A stretch of 64,000 nt of DNA from Elusimicrobiota bacterium. GTDB lineage: Bacteria; Elusimicrobiota; Elusimicrobia; UBA1565; JACRDR01. Location of the stretch: assembly GCA_026388115.1 (NCBI GenBank), contig JAPLKK010000015.1, positions 2,988 through 66,987 on the forward strand, in the 5' to 3' direction. Under the pieces are notes generated by a model. That model worked only from the letters and a program-made list of their open reading frames with translations. It was not told the DNA's origin and searched no databases. Below are positions 43,383 to 52,268 of the stretch, piece after piece; positions within the stretch are counted from its first letter, which is position 1, and the number at the start of each line of letters is the position of its first letter. Both the position numbers and the translations under genes were made by a program.

Positions 43383-44269
43383 ATCTCTTCGGTGCTCAAG
43401 AGGGAGTCCGAGCCGTCGCGGTCATAGGCCAGCCACCCTTGCGGCGTGTCGAGGCAGCAGGTCCAGCCTTCGGCGGTCACCAGCTCGAGGCGCAGGCGGG
43501 GGTCCGGCATGCGCGGCACGGACTTCACCCACAGCGCGCCCTTGCCCGGCTTGTAGTAGCCGATCGCGCGGCCGGCCGCGCCCTCCTCCGGCACCGACCC
43601 GAACCCGTGGACGACGAGCGCGCGCCCATCGGGCGAGAGGGCGAACTCGTCGACGCGCTCCCAAGCCGTGTAGTCCAGGCGCAGGATCTCGATGCCGCCC
43701 GGGCTGATGACGCTGAGCAGCGGGCGGTTCCTCGTGTAAGGGTCCACGTCTTCGAGCAGGAGGGCCACGGTGCCGTTGGGCGCGATCTGCAGGTGCTGGG
43801 GGTCGGCGCTGCGGCCGACCTGCGTGTTGTCCGCGGTGCGCCGCTCCCAAAAGATGCGGCTCGACTCGTCGACAAGACGGAAGAGCGAGCGCACGACCGT
43901 CGCCTTCGGCTTGTCGCGGGCGCGGCGCTCGGCGAGGTGCAGGCCCACCTCGCTGCGCGTCTCTTCCACGACCAGGAAGCGGTGCCCGCGCGGCGGAAGC
44001 AGGGCGCGGTACGTCGCGCCTTTGGGCGGGCGCCGGTCGGGCCGGGAGAGCGGGAAGCGGTGCAGGACGCTGTCTTGGCGCGAGAGCACCTCGATGTACG
44101 GCGAGCCGGGGGTCCACCGGAGCCGCTCGGAGCCGGTGTCCATCACCATCGTCTCGCCCGAGGCGGCGCGGCCTTCGATGGAGGGGCTCGGCGGCAGGCT
44201 GAGCTCCGGCATGTCGTCGGCGGCCGCGGGCCAGGGGGCGAGCGCGAGGAGCAAAGCGAGGAGGCTCAT
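43355..44269 (-). CDS. Hypothetical secreted protein.
   Basis: Signal peptide MSLLALLLALAPWPAAA. Preceded by the conserved 46-nt leader element. Confidence 0.45.
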   Translation of the reverse strand: MSLLALLLALAPWPAAADDMPELSLPPSPSIEGRAASGETMVMDTGSERLRWTPGSPYIEVLSRQDSVLHRFPLSRPDRRPPKGATYRALLPPRGHRFLVVEETRSEVGLHLAERRARDKPKATVVRSLFRLVDESSRIFWERRTADNTQVGRSADPQHLQIAPNGTVALLLEDVDPYTRNRPLLSVISPGGIEILRLDYTAWERVDEFALSPDGRALVVHGFGSVPEEGAAGRAIGYYKPGKGALWVKSVPRMPDPRLRLELVTAEGWTCCLDTPQGWLAYDRDGSDSLLSTEEMWKRFAVRP

Positions 44270-44315
44270 TGCGTTTCTATAAGGTGCGTGCCTGGCTTCA
44301 GCCCGGCACGCTACC
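44270..44315 (-). promoter_or_regulatory. Conserved hairpin-containing 5' leader, copy 1 (with a -10-like TATACT just upstream).
   Basis: The reverse complement reads GGTAGCGTGCCGGGCTGAAGCCAGGCACGCACCTTATAGAAACGCA immediately before the ATG. It matches 42 of 46 nt of the copy at 50323-50368. Confidence 0.6.
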
Positions 44316-44369
44316 CCAGTATAGGCCGACTTTGTTTCGCCCGCCAGTAGCGGAAGCCGCTCGACCGAG

Positions 44370-44786
44370 CTAGCTCGAGCGCCGCTGCCTGAAGCGGTGG
44401 ATCTGCTGGGCCATGATCGGCCCCCAGGCGTTCTTGCCCGCGTAGCCGGTCATCGCCGGAAAGAACAACGCTCCTCGCACCGCGCCGGCGCTCGCATGCA
44501 GGATGGGAGGGACCGCTTCGGCGCGGGTCCCCTCCTGGGACTCGAACATCGAGAGGGCCGCGCCGCCGGCGGCGAAAGCGACGACCACCGGAGCGGTCCA
44601 GCCGTACATCGCGGCGAGCCCCGCGATGGCCAGGGGCGGCAGGCCGCAGGCGGCGTACGCCAGGGCGGAGCCGGCGGCCGCCTCCCGGCTTGTCGGCGCG
44701 TCGCGGTTCACCGGCGCCTGGATCGCCGGCGGCGCCGTGAACGGCATGAGGAGCGCCAGCCCCAGAGAGGCGACCCGTGGAGTCAT
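44370..44786 (-). CDS. Hypothetical small membrane protein.
   Basis: Hydrophobic, Ala- and Gly-rich ORF. Weak call. Confidence 0.3.
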   Translation of the reverse strand: MTPRVASLGLALLMPFTAPPAIQAPVNRDAPTSREAAAGSALAYAACGLPPLAIAGLAAMYGWTAPVVVAFAAGGAALSMFESQEGTRAEAVPPILHASAGAVRGALFFPAMTGYAGKNAWGPIMAQQIHRFRQRRSS

Positions 44787-44934
44787 CTCCCGGATCGTAC
44801 CGGCAAGAGGCCGTAGGAACGAGGGCTGGGCGACCCTAAAACGCCTGGGGCGTGGGTACCGTATTCCTTAAAACATCCGGCACCGGAGACCTTTTCGAGC
44901 CGGCAGCCCGCGCGAGATCCTTCGCGCTACGCGG

Positions 44935-46314
44935 TCACCACACGAAGGTGCCGGCCGCGCCCGGATTGAGCACGGCGGCGAAGGTCTTTCCTTCGTCGCT
45001 CACGCGGAAGGTCCGCGCCGAGGCTCCGTCGTTGAGTACGATCAGGGCGGTCTTCCCGTCCGGGGTCTTGAAAGCGACGTTCGGCAGGTCCGGCGGGAGG
45101 TTCGAGCCTATCCTCACCGAGCCGGGGCGGATGAACTTGGCGGCCTGGGCCACGATGTAATAGGCGGGGTTCCTCTTTATCCCCCCACCGATGGTGAGCG
45201 CCCCCAGGCAGGTCTCGCAGCCGCCGGGGGTGTGCGGATCGTATGCCGGATCCGAGGCCAGGTTCCATTCGAGGGCGGTCTTGCTCCAATTCCGCATGGA
45301 GCCGATGATGACGGTTTTCACATGCCAGCGGAAATCCTCGGCCAGGTTCCCCGGAGCGCCCACCCACTGCTCCGTGAAATAGACGTTCTTGTCCGGATGA
45401 GCGTCATGCACCACGGAGAGCGCCGAGATGTCGCCGGCATAGAGATGGAAGGCCGAGCCGTCGACGAACCGGCGAGCCTGCTCGTCTTCCAGTATGGAGA
45501 GCGGATAGCCGGGCTCGTCGCAATTGTGGTCGTAGAGGAGGATCTTCGTCTTGATCCCCTCCCGCGCGAAAGCAGGGCCCAGATCGTATTTGATGAAATC
45601 GCGCTGCTTCGCCGGGGTCATGATCATGCTGGGCTCATTGTCAGGGTTCAGCGGCTCGTTCTGGACCGTGACCGCGTCGATGCGTATCCCCTCTTCTTTC
45701 ATGGCCCGGAGGTAGCGGACGATGTAGCGGGCATAAGCCCCGCTATCGGCCAAGCTGCTGCCGATGAAGGTGGGCCGCGCCTTCATCCACGGCGGCGGCG
45801 ACCATGTCGAGGCCAGCAGCTTGAGGTCCGGGTTGATGGCAAGGATCCGCTTCAGCACCGGCACGAGATTTTTCTTATGCGGCCCCAAACTGAAGTTCTT
45901 CAGCCCCGGGTCCTTCTGGCCGGGCGGCATGTCGTCATACGAGAAAGCCGCGGGATCCAGGTCCGACGCCCCCAAACTGATGCGCAGATAGCTTGTCCCT
46001 ATGCCGTCGCCTTCGGGCGAAAAGAGTTCTTTCAGCAGAGCGCCGCCTTCATTGGCCTCAAGCGCGTCGATCATCATCGCGCTCCCGCCGGTGAGGGTGT
46101 AGCCGAAGCCGTCCACGGTCTGGAAGGTCGCGCCGTGGTCCACGACGATGGAGGCGGCGGCGCCCCCCGACGGCGGGGACGCATGCTGCTTGCGCAACAG
46201 GACGGACCCGGCCGGGTCCGTGAGCCAGAATTCAGGAGTGATCTCAGACCCGCTCGAACGGACCGCGGCCGCGGCCACGAGGGCGGCGGCGAGGAATAGG
46301 TGGAACGGTCTCAC
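44935..46314 (-). CDS. Glycoside hydrolase family 30-like secreted protein.
   Basis: Signal peptide, a TIM-barrel region with the VQNEP catalytic-acid motif, and a C-terminal beta domain. Confidence 0.7.
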   Translation of the reverse strand: MRPFHLFLAAALVAAAAVRSSGSEITPEFWLTDPAGSVLLRKQHASPPSGGAAASIVVDHGATFQTVDGFGYTLTGGSAMMIDALEANEGGALLKELFSPEGDGIGTSYLRISLGASDLDPAAFSYDDMPPGQKDPGLKNFSLGPHKKNLVPVLKRILAINPDLKLLASTWSPPPWMKARPTFIGSSLADSGAYARYIVRYLRAMKEEGIRIDAVTVQNEPLNPDNEPSMIMTPAKQRDFIKYDLGPAFAREGIKTKILLYDHNCDEPGYPLSILEDEQARRFVDGSAFHLYAGDISALSVVHDAHPDKNVYFTEQWVGAPGNLAEDFRWHVKTVIIGSMRNWSKTALEWNLASDPAYDPHTPGGCETCLGALTIGGGIKRNPAYYIVAQAAKFIRPGSVRIGSNLPPDLPNVAFKTPDGKTALIVLNDGASARTFRVSDEGKTFAAVLNPGAAGTFVW

Positions 46315-47339
46315 AGCCAGCGTTTCTTAAGAAGGGCTTCGGCGATCTGCACGGAGTTCAGCGCCGCGCCCTTGAGCAGGTTGTCGCTCACGATCCAGAA
46401 CGCCAGCTCGCGCGGGTTCGTGCCCTGCCGGATGCGCGCGACATGGACGGGCCAGCTTTCCCCCTCCTCGAGAGGGGTGGGATAGGAGCCCTCCTTCCAA
46501 AGCCGGACGCCCGGAGCGTTCTCCAGCGTCCGCCGAGCGGCGCCGGGCGAGAGGGGCCGGCGCGCCTCCAGCCAGAAGGCGAGGCTGTGGCCGCGGATCA
46601 CGGGCACTCGCACGGTCGTCGCGCTGACGGGCAAGCCGGGCAGGCCCCAGATCTTGCGCAGCTCCCCCCTCACCTTGACCTCTTCGGAGCACTCGCCGTC
46701 CCGGTTGAAGGAGCCGACCTGCGGGATGACGTTGAAGGCGGACATGCGCGGCAGCGCGCGGGCGGGCGCGAGCTGCGGGATGCCGAGAGGATCGCTCTTG
46801 CGCAGCACGCCCGCCGCGCCGCGAAGCTGGGCGCGGAACTCCTCGAGCGCCTCGCGGCCGGCGCCCGAGATCGCTTGGTACGAGGCGAGGCGCGCCGCCC
46901 GCGCTCCGGCCCGGCGGATGAGGGGCCACGCCGCGACGGCCGCGCCCGTCAGGGTGCAGTTCGGCCCGGCGATGAGCCGGCGGCGCGGCGAAAGGGCCCC
47001 GGCGTTCACCTCGGGGATGACGAGGGGGACGTCTTCGGCCAGACGGAAGGCGGAGGAGTCGTCGATCACCCACACGCCGCGCTCGGCGAGCGCCCTTCCC
47101 CACCGCAGCGAGACCTCGTCGGAGGAGACCATGAACACGAGCCGGGCCTTCGCCAGGGCGTCGAGCGTGACGCCGCGCGCGGCGACGGCGCGGCCCCGGA
47201 AGCGCACGGCGCCGGCCCTGCGGCCGGAATTGAACGGGAGCAGGGCCCCGACGGGGAAGCGGCGCTGCTCGAGCACCTGCAGGAGCACCCGTCCGACCAG
47301 GCCCGTCGCTCCGACGACGGCGATAGTGAGGCCGCTCAT
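46311..47339 (-). CDS. asd: Aspartate-semialdehyde dehydrogenase.
   Basis: VVGATGLVG NAD(P)-binding motif, the active-site Cys region (GPNCT) and a full-length 342 aa. Confidence 0.88.
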   Translation of the reverse strand: MSGLTIAVVGATGLVGRVLLQVLEQRRFPVGALLPFNSGRRAGAVRFRGRAVAARGVTLDALAKARLVFMVSSDEVSLRWGRALAERGVWVIDDSSAFRLAEDVPLVIPEVNAGALSPRRRLIAGPNCTLTGAAVAAWPLIRRAGARAARLASYQAISGAGREALEEFRAQLRGAAGVLRKSDPLGIPQLAPARALPRMSAFNVIPQVGSFNRDGECSEEVKVRGELRKIWGLPGLPVSATTVRVPVIRGHSLAFWLEARRPLSPGAARRTLENAPGVRLWKEGSYPTPLEEGESWPVHVARIRQGTNPRELAFWIVSDNLLKGAALNSVQIAEALLKKRWL

Positions 47340-48325
47340 GGCGCCAGCCACACGCCGTCGCAGTGGCCCTCGTTGTGCAGCTGGTCGCGCGCGACCGCGC
47401 GGACCCACGCGCCGCGCGAGGAAAGCTTCGAGCGCCGGACCGTCATCAAGAACGGCGGCTCGCGCCGGTACGCGGAGAGCCGTTCCCAGTCGAGCTGGTC
47501 CGTGGAGCTCTCCAGCCAGGCGGCTTCGATCCCATCCCCGTCGGCGGTGAAGCGGTAGACGAAATCCGCTCCGGCGGGCGCCGCGGCGCATTCGCGCACG
47601 GCGACCGTCGCGTCGTTCGGCGGCACGAGCTTGATGGCGAGAGCGGGCTTGAAGTTGTTGAGCGGCGTCTCGAGCGTCCCTTCAGCCCTTCGCGGCGCGA
47701 CGCCGCCGAGCGACCGGTTGTTCCAGGCCCGAGGCTCCTCGCTGGCGTTCGAGCGTTCTTCCAACGCCGCAAGGATCGGCGCGCTCGAGGACCCGACGAG
47801 ATAACGTGTGGTGGACCAGACGATCAGATAGTTCGGGCCCGAGAAGCTGATCATGCCTGCCGGCACTTCCGTCCAGAACCATACCGCGTGGCCCGTTCCC
47901 GGCATGTAAACGTGCGGGTCGTCCTCGAGAGGGATGTCGGCCGTCTCGGTCAGGAAGTAGCTCCGCTCGGCCGTGAAGGAAGGCGTCGGCGCGATGGCCA
48001 TGTAGATCTTGCCCGGGATCACTTCGCGTTCCCAGGGCCGCCCGCCCGGCTTTGCGCGGGTCTTGGCCCGCCCGATCTTCGCCCCGATGAACGCGCGCGA
48101 GTACTCGCCGATCGGCGCGGGCGGCAGCGCGACGATCCAAGCGTTGTTGAAGCCGATATACCAGTTCTCATCGGGCCCGCCGTCTGCGAAACGACCGAAG
48201 TCATTGATGTTGGAGTTCAAGGACACATAGACTGGCAATCGGCTCCGCTGCTCGGTCGAAGGGCCTTCCGTCAGTACTTCCTGCGCAAGGACTGAATATG
48301 CAAATAATGCTGTAAATATAATCAT
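47336..48325 (-). CDS. Hypothetical secreted protein.
   Basis: Signal peptide MIIFTALFAYSVLAQ. The stop overlaps the asd start. Confidence 0.45.
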   Translation of the reverse strand: MIIFTALFAYSVLAQEVLTEGPSTEQRSRLPVYVSLNSNINDFGRFADGGPDENWYIGFNNAWIVALPPAPIGEYSRAFIGAKIGRAKTRAKPGGRPWEREVIPGKIYMAIAPTPSFTAERSYFLTETADIPLEDDPHVYMPGTGHAVWFWTEVPAGMISFSGPNYLIVWSTTRYLVGSSSAPILAALEERSNASEEPRAWNNRSLGGVAPRRAEGTLETPLNNFKPALAIKLVPPNDATVAVRECAAAPAGADFVYRFTADGDGIEAAWLESSTDQLDWERLSAYRREPPFLMTVRRSKLSSRGAWVRAVARDQLHNEGHCDGVWLAP

Positions 48326-49200
48326 TTATTGATAATACCAACCACGCGCTCAAAGTCTTCGAGGCTATAGAAGTGGATGGTCAGAGTGCCCCTTCCCCCC
48401 TTCTTCGTCCTGATGGCCACCTTCGTCCCCAACCGTTGCTGGAGCGCGGCTTCCACTTCGCGCGTATCGGCGTCCTTGGCGGCGCCCGGCTTCTCGCGTC
48501 TTGGCTTGGGAGAAGGCATGCTTCCGTTCGCCTTAGCCACGAGTTCGTCTATGTCACGGACCGATAGCTTTCCCTCGATGGCGGCCATGAAGATGCGGTG
48601 GCGTTCCACCGGATCCGGGCACTTGAGAAGAGCTCGACCGTGCGCTTCCTGCAGGTCGCCATGCAGTATCGCCTTCTGCATTTCGTCAGGCAAGTCCAGG
48701 ATATGCAAGGTATTGGATATAGATTGCTTGGATTTTCCGACCATTTCGGCGACGCCATTCTGGTCTAGCCCGAATTCTTTCTGAAGACGGCAATACCCCA
48801 GGGCAGCCTCCACTGCGTTGAGATTCTCCCTTTGCAGGTTCTCCGCCAAGGATAGCGACAAGCGGTGCTTGTCCTCGGCCGGCTGACGGATCACGACCTC
48901 GATTTCGGTAAGCCCGGCAAGCTCGCAAGCGCGCAGTCGACGTTCGCCTGCGATGAGTTCGTAGGTCCCATCTGCGTCTGCAGAAACCACGATAGGTTGG
49001 GCTAGGCCGTGCAGCTTGATCGAGCCAGTGAGTTCGCTCAGCGCCTCGGCGTCGAAATGGCGGCGAGGCTGAAGGTGGTTGGGCCTGACTTTGGAGATGG
49101 GCACTCGCAGAGGTCTCGCCTCCAATGACGCCGGCTCGGCGGTCGCTACGGGTTGCGAAGGGATCAATGCTTCAAGTCCACGCCCTAGTGCGTTTCTCAT
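48322..49200 (-). CDS. parB: ParB/Spo0J partition protein.
   Basis: ParB box II (LIAGERRLRAC), HTH region, C-terminal dimerisation region. GC is ~58%, lower than the local average. Confidence 0.88.
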   Translation of the reverse strand: MRNALGRGLEALIPSQPVATAEPASLEARPLRVPISKVRPNHLQPRRHFDAEALSELTGSIKLHGLAQPIVVSADADGTYELIAGERRLRACELAGLTEIEVVIRQPAEDKHRLSLSLAENLQRENLNAVEAALGYCRLQKEFGLDQNGVAEMVGKSKQSISNTLHILDLPDEMQKAILHGDLQEAHGRALLKCPDPVERHRIFMAAIEGKLSVRDIDELVAKANGSMPSPKPRREKPGAAKDADTREVEAALQQRLGTKVAIRTKKGGRGTLTIHFYSLEDFERVVGIINK

Positions 49201-50033
49201 GAGATGTTCTCCAAAGGCCGAGCGGGTTCTTCGACGGCGAAGCTTGGCGGCGGCGTTTCTCCCGCGACGATTCCCCTTCGAAGGAGGAATTCGCGCGCCA
49301 TGGCCATATAAGCCTCGGCTCCCTTAGACCTCGAGTCGTACTGGAAGATATCTTTTCCGAATCCGGGGGCTTCGGCCAGGCGGATGCTCCGAGGAATTAT
49401 GGTATTGAAAAGCTTTTCTCCAAAGAACTTCTTGACTTCGTCCCTCACTTGGTTTGAAAGAATCATTCGGGAGTCGAACATCGTGAGCACCGCCCCCTCA
49501 AGCCTTAGCTTCGGGTTGAATGCTACCTGCACCCGTCGAACGGCATCCATGAACTGAGCCAACCCCTCCATCGCATAATACTCGCCTTGGATGGGGACAA
49601 TCACGCTTTCGGCGGCATTAAGAGCGTTGAGGGTGATGAGTCCTAGAGACGGCGGGCAATCCAGGATGATGAACCTGTATTTGTCCTTGATCGCTGGTAT
49701 GGCGCCCTTGAGCCGGCGCTCCCTGGCCAGGGCGGACAAGAGTTGTATCTCCGCGCCGGCCAAGTCGGAATTAGCTCCGGTCACATGCAGTTTTTGCAGG
49801 GCGGATGCTTTGATGGTTTTTTCTAGAGGCAGAAGTTCGACAAGGACGTTGTATAGGTTCGGAGAGAACGCGGCTTTGTCAAAGCCGCAACCAGTAGTGG
49901 CATTGCCCTGTGGATCGGTGTCTATCAAGAGCGTTTCGAATCCGAGCCCTGCTAGGGCGGCGGCCAGGTTAACGGCGGTCGTCGTCTTGCCAACCCCCCC
50001 TTTTTGATTCGCAATCGCTATTATTTCTGTCAT
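49197..50033 (-). CDS. parA: ParA/Soj partition ATPase.
   Basis: Deviant Walker A KGGVGKTT. Start taken at the internal ATG (MTEIIAIANQ). The stop overlaps the parB start. Confidence 0.88.
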   Translation of the reverse strand: MTEIIAIANQKGGVGKTTTAVNLAAALAGLGFETLLIDTDPQGNATTGCGFDKAAFSPNLYNVLVELLPLEKTIKASALQKLHVTGANSDLAGAEIQLLSALARERRLKGAIPAIKDKYRFIILDCPPSLGLITLNALNAAESVIVPIQGEYYAMEGLAQFMDAVRRVQVAFNPKLRLEGAVLTMFDSRMILSNQVRDEVKKFFGEKLFNTIIPRSIRLAEAPGFGKDIFQYDSRSKGAEAYMAMAREFLLRRGIVAGETPPPSFAVEEPARPLENIS

Positions 50034-50054
50034 TTTTGTGCCCTGGAGCGATAA

Positions 50055-50072
50055 AGTACAACCGATTGTACT
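50055..50072. promoter_or_regulatory. Palindrome AGTACAACCGATTGTACT upstream of parA (candidate operator).
   Basis: 7-bp inverted arms with a 4-bp spacer, 22 nt upstream of the parA start in an AT-rich ~330-bp intergenic region. Confidence 0.35.
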
Positions 50073-50322
50073 GCGTGGGCTGCTTCGGTGATGAACTTTA
50101 CCAGATAGTGCGCCTGGTGTCAAACCGTTGACATAACAGCGCCGACATATTTAGGTTGACTATGGTATTTAGTGCTATTAAACATCTTATTCGATTGTCT
50201 GGTATCATATAGTGTTTAATACTCTAAAAGTCGTGGCGCCTCGGCGGCCCCCCCCGCGCCATGCCAGGGCGTCAGATCGAGCGCACGAAGAATCCGGGCC
50301 GGTCAAAAACGCTAGAATGAGC

Positions 50323-50368
50323 GGTAGCGTGCCAGGCTAGAGCCAGGCACGCACCTCATAGAAACGCA
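50323..50368 (+). promoter_or_regulatory. Conserved hairpin-containing 5' leader, copy 2 (with a -10-like TAGAAT at 50313).
   Basis: GGTAGCGTGCCAGGCTAGAGCCAGGCACGCACCTCATAGAAACGCA immediately before the aguB ATG. Confidence 0.6.
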
Positions 50369-51220
50369 ATGAAAAGAGCGACGCTCTCCATCGGACTGAT
50401 CCAGTTGAAGCCGACGGAGGACCCGCGGAAGAATCTCGCGCACAGCCTGCGGCTCGCGAGCGCCGCGGCCGGCCGCGGGGCGAAGATCATCTGCTTCCCG
50501 GAGCTGTACCGCTCGCGCTACTTCCCTCAAAAAGACAAGGCGCGCGCGCGGCATCTGGCTGAGACGATCCCCGGCGAGTCCACGCGGGCGTTCTCGCGGC
50601 TGGCCGCCGAGCGCGACGTCGCGGTCATCGTGCCGCTCTTCGAGCGCGCCGGGGAGAGATTCTTCAATTCCGCCGCGGTGATCGACGCGGGGGGGAAACT
50701 CCTCGGGACCTACCGCAAGGTCCACGTCCCGCATGACCCGCTCTTCTACGAGAAGAGCTATTTCGCGCCGGGCGACCTCGGCTTCAAGGTCTTCCGCACG
50801 CGCTACGCGAGGGTCTCCGCGCTCATCTGCTACGACCAATGGTTCCCCGAAGCCGCGCGGGCGAGCGTCCTGGCCGGCGCCGAGATCCTGTTCTATCCGA
50901 CGGCGATCGGCGCCATCCGCGGGTACAAGCCTCCGGAGGGGGACTGGCGCGAGGCCTGGGTCACCATCCAGCGAGGGCATGCCATCGCCAACGGCGTGCA
51001 CGTGGCGGCGGTCAACCGGACGGGCGTCGAAGGCAGGCTTCGTTTCTTCGGCACGTCTTTTGTCGCCGACGCTTTTGGGAACGTGGTCAAGCGCGCGAGC
51101 ACGGGCCGCGAAGAGGTGCTCGTCGTCCCGGTGGACCTCTCGATGAACCGCGAGATCCGGGACGGCTGGGGCTTCTTGCGCAACCGCCGGCCGCGCTGCT
51201 ATCGCCCGCTCGTGGCCTAG
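50369..51220 (+). CDS. aguB: N-carbamoylputrescine amidase (carbon-nitrogen hydrolase family).
   Basis: Nitrilase-superfamily Glu-Lys-Cys triad context (CFPEL, RKVH, ALICYD). Confidence 0.85.
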   Translation: MKRATLSIGLIQLKPTEDPRKNLAHSLRLASAAAGRGAKIICFPELYRSRYFPQKDKARARHLAETIPGESTRAFSRLAAERDVAVIVPLFERAGERFFNSAAVIDAGGKLLGTYRKVHVPHDPLFYEKSYFAPGDLGFKVFRTRYARVSALICYDQWFPEAARASVLAGAEILFYPTAIGAIRGYKPPEGDWREAWVTIQRGHAIANGVHVAAVNRTGVEGRLRFFGTSFVADAFGNVVKRASTGREEVLVVPVDLSMNREIRDGWGFLRNRRPRCYRPLVA

Positions 51221-51221
51221 C

Positions 51222-52268
51222 GTGCCCTACCCAAAGATGACCGACACGCCGCGTTCGCTCGGCTTGCGCATGCCCGCCGAGTGGGAGCCGCACGAGGCGA
51301 TCTGGCTCTCCTGGCCGCATGACCCCGAATCGTTCGGCGAAGGTTTGCCCGGGGCCGAGCGCGCCTACGTCGAGATGATCCGCGCCATCCATAAGACCGA
51401 GCGCGTGGAACTCTTCGTGCTCGACGAAGAGATGCGCCGGCGCGCGTTGGACGTCCTCGACCGCGCCGGCGCCGACCCGGCGCGCGTGCGCTTCCACGTC
51501 CACCGTTACGCCGACGTCTGGTTCCGGGACTACGGCCCGACGTTCCTCGTCGGCGGCCGCCGATCGATGGTCCACTGGATCTTCAACGCGTGGGGGAACA
51601 AGTACGAGGAGCTCAAGTCCGACACGGAGATCCCGCGCCTGATCGAGAAAGAGCTCCGGATCGAGACCTTCCGCCCCGCCGTCGTGATGGAGGGGGGGTC
51701 TATCGACGTGGACGGACAGGGGACGCTCCTGACGACCGAGCAGTGCCTCCTGAACCCGAACCGCAACCCGAGCCTGTCCCGCGCCGATATCGAACGCGAG
51801 CTGTTCGAGAACCTGTCCGCCGCGCGGGTGATCTGGCTCAAGGAAGGCATCGCCGGCGACGACACCGACGGGCACGTCGACGACATCGCGCGCTTCGTCG
51901 CGCCGCAGACGGTCGTCTGCGCCCGGGAGGACGATGAATCCGACGAGAACTTCGCTCCCCTCGACGAGTGCTTCCGGGCCCTGGAGCGCGCGCAAGACGC
52001 TCGCGGACGCAGGCTGAACGTCGTGCGCCTGCCGATGCCGGAGCCCGTGTCAGCGGGCGGCCGCCGGCTTCCCGCGAGCTACGCGAACTTCTATATCGGC
52101 AACGGCGTCGTTCTGGCGCCGGTGTTCGGCTGCCGGCAAGACGACGCCGCGCTGAAAGTCCTGGAGGGGGTCTTTCCGGGCCGCCGCATCGCGCCCATCC
52201 CGTGCCGCGACCTCGTGCGCGGTTTGGGCACGGTCCACTGCGTCAGCCAGCAGCAGCCTAGGGGCTAA
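51222..52268 (+). CDS. aguA: Agmatine deiminase.
   Basis: Porphyromonas-type peptidyl-arginine deiminase fold motifs (PAEWEPH ... GTVHCVSQQ). Confidence 0.85.
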   Translation: MPYPKMTDTPRSLGLRMPAEWEPHEAIWLSWPHDPESFGEGLPGAERAYVEMIRAIHKTERVELFVLDEEMRRRALDVLDRAGADPARVRFHVHRYADVWFRDYGPTFLVGGRRSMVHWIFNAWGNKYEELKSDTEIPRLIEKELRIETFRPAVVMEGGSIDVDGQGTLLTTEQCLLNPNRNPSLSRADIERELFENLSAARVIWLKEGIAGDDTDGHVDDIARFVAPQTVVCAREDDESDENFAPLDECFRALERAQDARGRRLNVVRLPMPEPVSAGGRRLPASYANFYIGNGVVLAPVFGCRQDDAALKVLEGVFPGRRIAPIPCRDLVRGLGTVHCVSQQQPRG

